A stretch of 64,000 bases of DNA from Deltaproteobacteria bacterium (lineage in GTDB: Bacteria; Myxococcota; Kuafuiibacteriia; Kuafuiibacteriales; Kuafuiibacteriaceae): assembly GCA_040218735.1 (NCBI GenBank), contig JAVJQW010000043.1:352001-416000 (forward strand). The letters run 5' to 3'. Of this stretch, positions 58,785-64,000 are shown piece by piece; position 1 is the stretch's first letter, and each line of letters starts with the position of its first letter. The notes beneath the pieces were generated by a model, which was not told the origin of the DNA, ran no database searches, and worked only from the letters and a program-made list of their open reading frames with translations. A program made the position numbers and the translations under genes.

Positions 58785-58821
58785 AATTGTACTCTATCGC
58801 ACCTACGACCGTAGCGCCCGG

Positions 58822-59592
58822 CTAACCCAGCATCCCCAGCACCGCGTCGTGCAGCGGTCCGTTGCTCCCGACCGCGTGGCCCTCGTGCACCGAGTCGCCG
58901 CCGTCGAACGTCGTCCAGCGACCGCCGGCCTCCTCGAGCAGGATCTTCGTCGGCGCGAGGTCCCACGGCTGTACGCCGTGCTCCAGCCAGACGTCGGCGA
59001 GGCCGTCGAGGAGCATCGCGACGCCCTTGAGGTCGCCGTAACACCGCGCCGAGGCGGCGCCGCGGACGACGCGGGTCACGGCGTCGCCGTGCGGAGGGGA
59101 CAGCAGCGGGCCCATCTCGCCGAGGCTCACGGTGGCGTCCGCGAGGGCATCGATCGCCGTCACCCGGCAGCGCGCTCCGTTCTTGAAGGTTCCGCCGCCC
59201 TTCTTCGCCCAGTACTGGTCCCCGAGCGCCGGGAGGCCCATCGCGCCGATGACGACCTCGCCGCGCAGCTCCAACGCGATCAGCGCGCCCCAGAACTTGC
59301 CGCCCCGCGTGAAGCCGCGGGTGCCGTCGATCGGGTCCACGATCCAGCGTGCGTCCGCCGCCTTGTCCTGCTTGCCGCTCTCCTCGGCGAGGATGGAGTG
59401 CTCCGGGAACGCCGCGGTGATGACGTCGAGAATCGCCACCTCGGAGTCCCGATCCGCCGCCGTCACCGGCGATCGGTCGGGCTTCGTCTCCACCTTCACC
59501 CCCTGGTCGTAGTGTTTCATCGCCGCCGCGGCGGCTGCGTCGAGGGCGCGGCGGGCGACGTCCAGGGCGCGATCGAGGTCGACTTCGGTCAT
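58822..59592 (-). CDS. hisN: Inositol-monophosphatase family, histidinol-phosphatase-like
   Basis: KPDRSPVT.AD, EE, WIVDPIDGT and WDLA motifs. Confidence 0.7.
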   Translation of the reverse strand: MTEVDLDRALDVARRALDAAAAAAMKHYDQGVKVETKPDRSPVTAADRDSEVAILDVITAAFPEHSILAEESGKQDKAADARWIVDPIDGTRGFTRGGKFWGALIALELRGEVVIGAMGLPALGDQYWAKKGGGTFKNGARCRVTAIDALADATVSLGEMGPLLSPPHGDAVTRVVRGAASARCYGDLKGVAMLLDGLADVWLEHGVQPWDLAPTKILLEEAGGRWTTFDGGDSVHEGHAVGSNGPLHDAVLGMLG

Positions 59593-59681
59593 GGCGCCGG
59601 AGGCTAGCAGAGGGTCGGACGCGGGTCCCGGCCGACAGAGCGCTTGACTCGGGTCCGACAAGTTCGGACACACGAGCCGCC

Positions 59682-60851
59682 TTGCGCCGAACGCCGATTG
59701 CGCACGTGATCTTCCCGCGGCCGAACCTCTTGCGGCCGGTGCCGGAGTTCGCGTGGGAGGCCGTCCGGGCTCACGCTCAGACCGACGACCTCGACGTCGC
59801 CGTTTACATGCCGGTGCCCGTGCGCGCGATCCAAAAGCTGCACGGGAAGGTTCGCGCACGTCGGGGCGCCGCGCCGTGGCCGGACGGCCTCGAAGAGGCG
59901 CTCCTCGCGCTGGAGCCGCGGCCGAAGCTCGTTCGTTACGTCCCCGTGCCGCGCCGCTCGACCGAGGTCGCGACCGCCGCGATCGCCGCGCACCTGCTGA
60001 AAGGGCCTCGCGCCCGGCAGCCGGCGGTCGTCCACGGATCGTTCCTCGACGAAGGCGGCTACGCCGCGTCCCAGGTCGCACGTGTCCTCGGCGGGCCCTC
60101 CGTCGTCGTGGCGCACGGGACGGACGTCCGCGTCGCCCGCGGCCTCGCCGACGGCGGCATCAACCGCAAACGTCGCGCGCTGCACGCGCTGCGCGACGCC
60201 GCACGCGTCCTCGCCGTGTCGCAGGATCTCGCGCGGGAGCTGTCGTTCCTCGGCCAGCGCGCGGAGGTCATGCAGTTCACCTCGCGCGGGAGCCTGTTCC
60301 CCGTCGCGCGCAAACCGCGCGGGGCACCGGAGCTGCTGTTCGTCGGTCGCGTCGGTCGCCCCAAGGGCGTCGACGTCCTCCTCGCCGCCCTGGCGCAGGT
60401 CAAGACCGAGGGGGTCACGCTGCGGCTCGTGGGGCCGGTGCTGCCGGGCTTCGACGTCGAAGCGCAGGCCGCCGCCCTCGGGCTCGCGGACCGCGTGATC
60501 GTGGAGGGCGAGCTCGCGCAAGCTGACTTGCCAGAGCGCTACGCGGCCGCGTCCTTGTTGGTGCTCCCGTCGCGCGGCGAGGGCCTGCCGTGTGTCGCCG
60601 TCGAGTCGCTCCTCACTGGGCGCCCGGTCGTGGCGAGTGAAGTGGGCGGCCTCTCGGAGCTGATCGACGATCGCGTCGGCCGGCTCGTCGCGCCCGAGGA
60701 CCCCGCCGCGCTCGCCGCGGCGATCGACGACGTCCTCGCGCACAAGAAGGACTTCCGCCCGCGGAACCTTCGCGCTCGCGCCGAGCCCCTGACCTGGGAG
60801 CACGTCGGGCCGAGGCTCTGCGACCTGACGCGGTCGCTGATCTCCACCTGA
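59682..60851 (+). CDS. Glycosyltransferase family 4
   Basis: HGTDV, FVGR..KG and SRGEGLPCVAVE motifs. Confidence 0.87.
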   Translation: MRRTPIAHVIFPRPNLLRPVPEFAWEAVRAHAQTDDLDVAVYMPVPVRAIQKLHGKVRARRGAAPWPDGLEEALLALEPRPKLVRYVPVPRRSTEVATAAIAAHLLKGPRARQPAVVHGSFLDEGGYAASQVARVLGGPSVVVAHGTDVRVARGLADGGINRKRRALHALRDAARVLAVSQDLARELSFLGQRAEVMQFTSRGSLFPVARKPRGAPELLFVGRVGRPKGVDVLLAALAQVKTEGVTLRLVGPVLPGFDVEAQAAALGLADRVIVEGELAQADLPERYAAASLLVLPSRGEGLPCVAVESLLTGRPVVASEVGGLSELIDDRVGRLVAPEDPAALAAAIDDVLAHKKDFRPRNLRARAEPLTWEHVGPRLCDLTRSLIST

Positions 60852-60867
60852 GCGGTATCATCGGGGC

Positions 60868-62721
60868 GTGAGCTCGAGACCCGACAGCACGTCGACGCGA
60901 ATCGGGCTCGTCCTCGACGGTCGGTTCGTGCTCGAGCGCGCGATCGGGCAAGGCGGCGCGGGCACGCTCTGGGTCGCGACGGATCAGCAAGGCGGCGGAC
61001 GGGTCGCGGTCAAGCTGCTCCACAAGACGCTTCGGGGCTCACCGGACGCCATCGCGCGCATTGCACGCGAAGCGCGGGTGCTGATTCGGCTCGACCACCC
61101 GAACGTGGCGCGCGCGATCGCAATCGAGGTCGAAGGCCCGCGCCCCTACCTCGCGATGGAGCTCGTGCCCGGCGTCGACCTGCTCGAAGCCATGCACGAT
61201 CGCGTCGACCGGCGCGCGGTGTTCACCGCTGCCGAGGTCGATCGAATCGCGGCGGACGTCGGCGGTGCGCTCCAACGCGCGCACGACGCCCAAGTGGTAC
61301 ACCGCGACGTGAAGCCGGCCAACCTTCGGCTTCGGCCGGACGGGTCGTGTGTGGTCCTCGACTTCGGCATCGCGCGCGTCGAGGAGGTCGCGCGGGATCT
61401 CGCGACGACCGCCGGGCGAACGATCGGGACGTACACGTACATGTCGCCCGAGCAGGCGCGCGGCTCACCCGAGATCGCGGGGGCGTCCGATCAGTTCTCA
61501 CTCGCGGTGGTGTTGTTCGAAGTGCTCACGCTGCGCCGGCTGTGGGTGCGCGCCGAGAGCGGCGCGCCGCTGCCGATGGACCAGGCGCCGCCCGCAGGCG
61601 GCAACGACGTGATGTCGCTGCTCGACCGCATCGTCGCCGGGCCCCGCCCCCGCATCGAATCGATCGTCCCGGCGTACGCGCCGCTCGACGAGATCTTCGT
61701 GCGCGCATTGGCGCCGAAGCCATCGACTCGCTTCGAGAGCATCGCGGCGTTCGTCGCGGCGTTTCGCGCGACCCTCGCAACCTGCGATGCACCCCGTCCC
61801 GCGACGCCGGTGCCGGGGCGCGGCTCGACCGAGGCACGCCCGTCGTCGAACGAAGGTCCCGCCGCCGCGCGGTTGCCGAACGCACGTCCTTGGATGGCGA
61901 CGACCACGTCCAACGCCGTCACCGCCCCGGGGCGCCCCCCGCGGGACGGCGCGCGGACCGCCCCGTTTGCCATCGGTCCCGGTCAGGGTCCCGGTCCCGG
62001 TCCCGGTACCGGTACCGATTCACCCCAGGAGGACGTCGCGCCAACGCGCGCGGTGCCCTTCGAGGCCGACGAGCCCATCTCCAACACGGTGACGCGCCCG
62101 AGCGCGCCACCGCCGCGCCGCCGCGCGTGGAGTGGAGTCGTGCTCGCAACGGTGATCCTCGCCGTCGCCGCGACCGCAGGCTGGGTTGCATTTCGTCTGG
62201 CCGAGCCTCCCGAGGAGTCGCCGCCGCCCCGGACACCGTCGGCGCGCCCGGCGCCGCCCCGGACACCGTCGGCGCGCCCGCCGCCGTCCCCGACTCCGTC
62301 GGCGCGCCCGGCGCCGATCGCCGCACCCGTCCCCGCCGCCGCACCCGTCCCCGCCGCCGCACCGGTCCCCGCCGCGGTGCCGCAGCCGACGGACGTGACA
62401 CCGAGCGCGCCTCCGCTCGCGGAGCCGCCGCCGAAGGCCCGACGTCGTGCGTCCGAGCCCCCACCGAGGAAGGTTGCACCGAAGGCGCCGCCGCCGGACC
62501 CCGTCGCGGCGCTGAGCCGACGACTCGATGCGCTCCGCAGCAGGCCCGACGATCTCGCGGCGCTCCGCGAGCTCGCGCGCGCGATCGAAGCAGCGGCCTC
62601 CACACGATCCCCGGCCGTGCAGACACGGGTGCGTCGGCTGGTGCGTGCGTCGGAGGCGCGCGCGGATCTCGAGGGGCTCGCGACGGCAATTCGCGCGCTG
62701 CGATCGTCAGAGCGCCCATGA
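60868..62721 (+). CDS. Membrane Ser/Thr protein kinase with Pro/Ala-rich extracellular tail
   Basis: IGQGG, VAVK, HRDVKPAN, DFG and YMSPEQ motifs; TM; PAAAPV repeats. Confidence 0.92.
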   Translation: MSSRPDSTSTRIGLVLDGRFVLERAIGQGGAGTLWVATDQQGGGRVAVKLLHKTLRGSPDAIARIAREARVLIRLDHPNVARAIAIEVEGPRPYLAMELVPGVDLLEAMHDRVDRRAVFTAAEVDRIAADVGGALQRAHDAQVVHRDVKPANLRLRPDGSCVVLDFGIARVEEVARDLATTAGRTIGTYTYMSPEQARGSPEIAGASDQFSLAVVLFEVLTLRRLWVRAESGAPLPMDQAPPAGGNDVMSLLDRIVAGPRPRIESIVPAYAPLDEIFVRALAPKPSTRFESIAAFVAAFRATLATCDAPRPATPVPGRGSTEARPSSNEGPAAARLPNARPWMATTTSNAVTAPGRPPRDGARTAPFAIGPGQGPGPGPGTGTDSPQEDVAPTRAVPFEADEPISNTVTRPSAPPPRRRAWSGVVLATVILAVAATAGWVAFRLAEPPEESPPPRTPSARPAPPRTPSARPPPSPTPSARPAPIAAPVPAAAPVPAAAPVPAAVPQPTDVTPSAPPLAEPPPKARRRASEPPPRKVAPKAPPPDPVAALSRRLDALRSRPDDLAALRELARAIEAAASTRSPAVQTRVRRLVRASEARADLEGLATAIRALRSSERP

Positions 62722-62802
62722 CAACGATTCGCGCGCTGCGATCGTCAGAGCGCCCATGACAACGATTCGCGCGCTGCGATCGTCAGAGCGCCCATGACAA
62801 CG
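62689..62802. repeat. Perfect tandem repeat, 3 x 38 bp
   Basis: ATTCGCGCGCTGCGATCGTCAGAGCGCCCATGACAACG at 62689, 62727 and 62765. Confidence 0.95.
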
Positions 62803-63913
62803 CGGTGGACGAGGCCACGCCGCCGAGCAGGCCGACCGCCATCGACCACCACAGCGGTTCCTCCTCCGCGAAGAACACGGTCGACAACGACCACACCGCG
62901 CCCGTCACGCCGAGCCCGACCGCGAGGGGCAGGAACTCGGGGCCGCCGTCGACGGCGCTCGGATCGGTGGTCGGCGCGACCGGCGCCGTGTAGCCGAACC
63001 CCAACGCGCCGACGCTGGGACAACCCAAGGCCCCCGCGCGCATCAGGCACGTCGCCTGGGTGTCGTCGCTGGTCGCGGCGGCGCCGTAGATCCCGACGCC
63101 GACCGCCGCCGCGGCGACGGCGAGGCCGGCGTACAAGGCGGCGTTCCGGAGCACGGGGACCTCGGGCGGCGCCGGCATCACCACGCGCGCCGGTGTTCCG
63201 AGCACGACCGTGACGCGCTGGGTGAACGCCGGCGCGTCATCGCGGGTCAGCGTGATCTCGCGGGCGCCGGGCCGCACGTCGCGGAGCGTGGCGGTCGTCG
63301 CCTCGATCGCTCCGACCGTGCGCCCGTCGAGCGCGACCACCGTGGAGCCCGGTCCGAAGACCTCGATCTCGATGGAGGCGAGCGCTCCCCAGAAGCCGGT
63401 GAGTTTGTCGCGGAAGGTAGCGTCGAGGACGTCGGCGGCGTGAGCGCGCAGCGCGTCGCGCTCCAGGCGAACCGGAGACAGCGGCGTCGACTTCGAGGCC
63501 GAGAACAGCCGGTCCTCCTGCTCCGCGCGCGAACCTCCGCCGCTCGTGATTCGCGTCGCCTCTTCGAGATCGATCATCGTCAGCCCGAGCCGCGCGGGTT
63601 GGCCGGGGTGGACGTCCGCGACGAAGAGGAAGCGCGCCGTCGGGAACGACGCGCGGACGGTGCGCGAGGTGCACCCGAAGCGCTCCTCGAAGCTGCACCG
63701 TCGTAGTGCGATCTCGTCGACGCCCGCCTGCTCCAGCGACGAGATCTCCAGCGACGTCTTCGTTTCGATGGCCGTCGTCATCCCCTCCAGCACCAGCGCG
63801 GTCGAGACGCCGAGCGGGACGTTGCGCGGCGTGACGATCATCAGCGCGGCCGGGGTGCGCTCCCCGGCGGTGAGCGTCGTGGCTGCGACGAGTGCGAGGA
63901 GCGCGGCGTTCAT
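62783..63913 (-). CDS. Myxobacterial exported protein with PEGA-like domain and C-terminal TM helices
   Basis: PGSTVVALDGRTVG..VRPGAREITL; hydrophobic C-terminal helices. Confidence 0.65.
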   Translation of the reverse strand: MNAALLALVAATTLTAGERTPAALMIVTPRNVPLGVSTALVLEGMTTAIETKTSLEISSLEQAGVDEIALRRCSFEERFGCTSRTVRASFPTARFLFVADVHPGQPARLGLTMIDLEEATRITSGGGSRAEQEDRLFSASKSTPLSPVRLERDALRAHAADVLDATFRDKLTGFWGALASIEIEVFGPGSTVVALDGRTVGAIEATTATLRDVRPGAREITLTRDDAPAFTQRVTVVLGTPARVVMPAPPEVPVLRNAALYAGLAVAAAAVGVGIYGAAATSDDTQATCLMRAGALGCPSVGALGFGYTAPVAPTTDPSAVDGGPEFLPLAVGLGVTGAVWSLSTVFFAEEEPLWWSMAVGLLGGVASSTALSWAL

Positions 63914-64000
63914 GGCGTTGGCGTGAGGCGGACGAGCTCGGCGTCCCACGGGAAGAGCAGGACGACGCGCCCCGAGGCGTCGGTGCGGATGCGGCCGGGC
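63910..64000 (-). CDS. 3' end of an upstream gene (partial)
   Basis: Open frame ...IRTDASGRVVLLFPWDAELVRLTPTP*, with the stop overlapping the next ATG (ATGA). Confidence 0.5.
   Translation of the reverse strand, partial: PGRIRTDASGRVVLLFPWDAELVRLTPTP

Noticed and set aside
62220-62375. 27-bp and 18-bp tandem repeats
   Set aside because: In-frame Pro/Ala linker of the kinase
62689-62802. 38-bp repeats as a CRISPR array
   Set aside because: No spacers; the unit derives from gene ends; no cas genes in the window
1-64000. Prophage, IS element, known defence system or secondary-metabolite cluster
   Set aside because: No recognisable integrase, transposase, phage structural, nuclease/ATPase defence or PKS/NRPS genes

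Overview
High-GC (roughly 70% by eye), very densely coded bacterial chromosome segment with many ATGA/GTGA start-stop overlaps. The gene content is typical of Myxococcota (inferred): tandem lspA next to lgt, an FHA-sigma54 activator, PEGA proteins, Cys-rich lipoproteins, a Ser/Thr kinase, three PpiC/SurA genes and about 14 predicted lipoproteins. There are about 55 CDS. Housekeeping genes are priA (5' end), lgt, two lspA, fabH, rlmH, comF, NFACT/RqcH, a hisN-like gene and surA-like genes. No tRNA, rRNA, CRISPR array, integrase or transposase was recognised. Strongest leads: (1) a ~1030-aa multidomain protein with a divergent S-adenosylhomocysteine-hydrolase-like core, head-to-head with an ankyrin protein; (2) a 1383-aa lipoprotein of alternating CBM20/choice-of-anchor-X-like and Ig-like modules; (3) a coupled SGNH-sulfotransferase-GT4-GT4 operon ending in a membrane-anchored TadA-like deaminase; (4) a DUF4331/TPR/propeller cluster with a possible attenuator; (5) a histone-H1-like gene behind a GATC-dense triple hairpin; (6) a recurrent TANNNT motif 6-9 nt before start codons, suggesting leaderless mRNAs; (7) a lower-GC two-gene islet; (8) an exact 3x38-bp repeat at a convergent gene junction. 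All family calls come from reading motifs by eye, not from database searches, and several starts were re-chosen from the ORF track.
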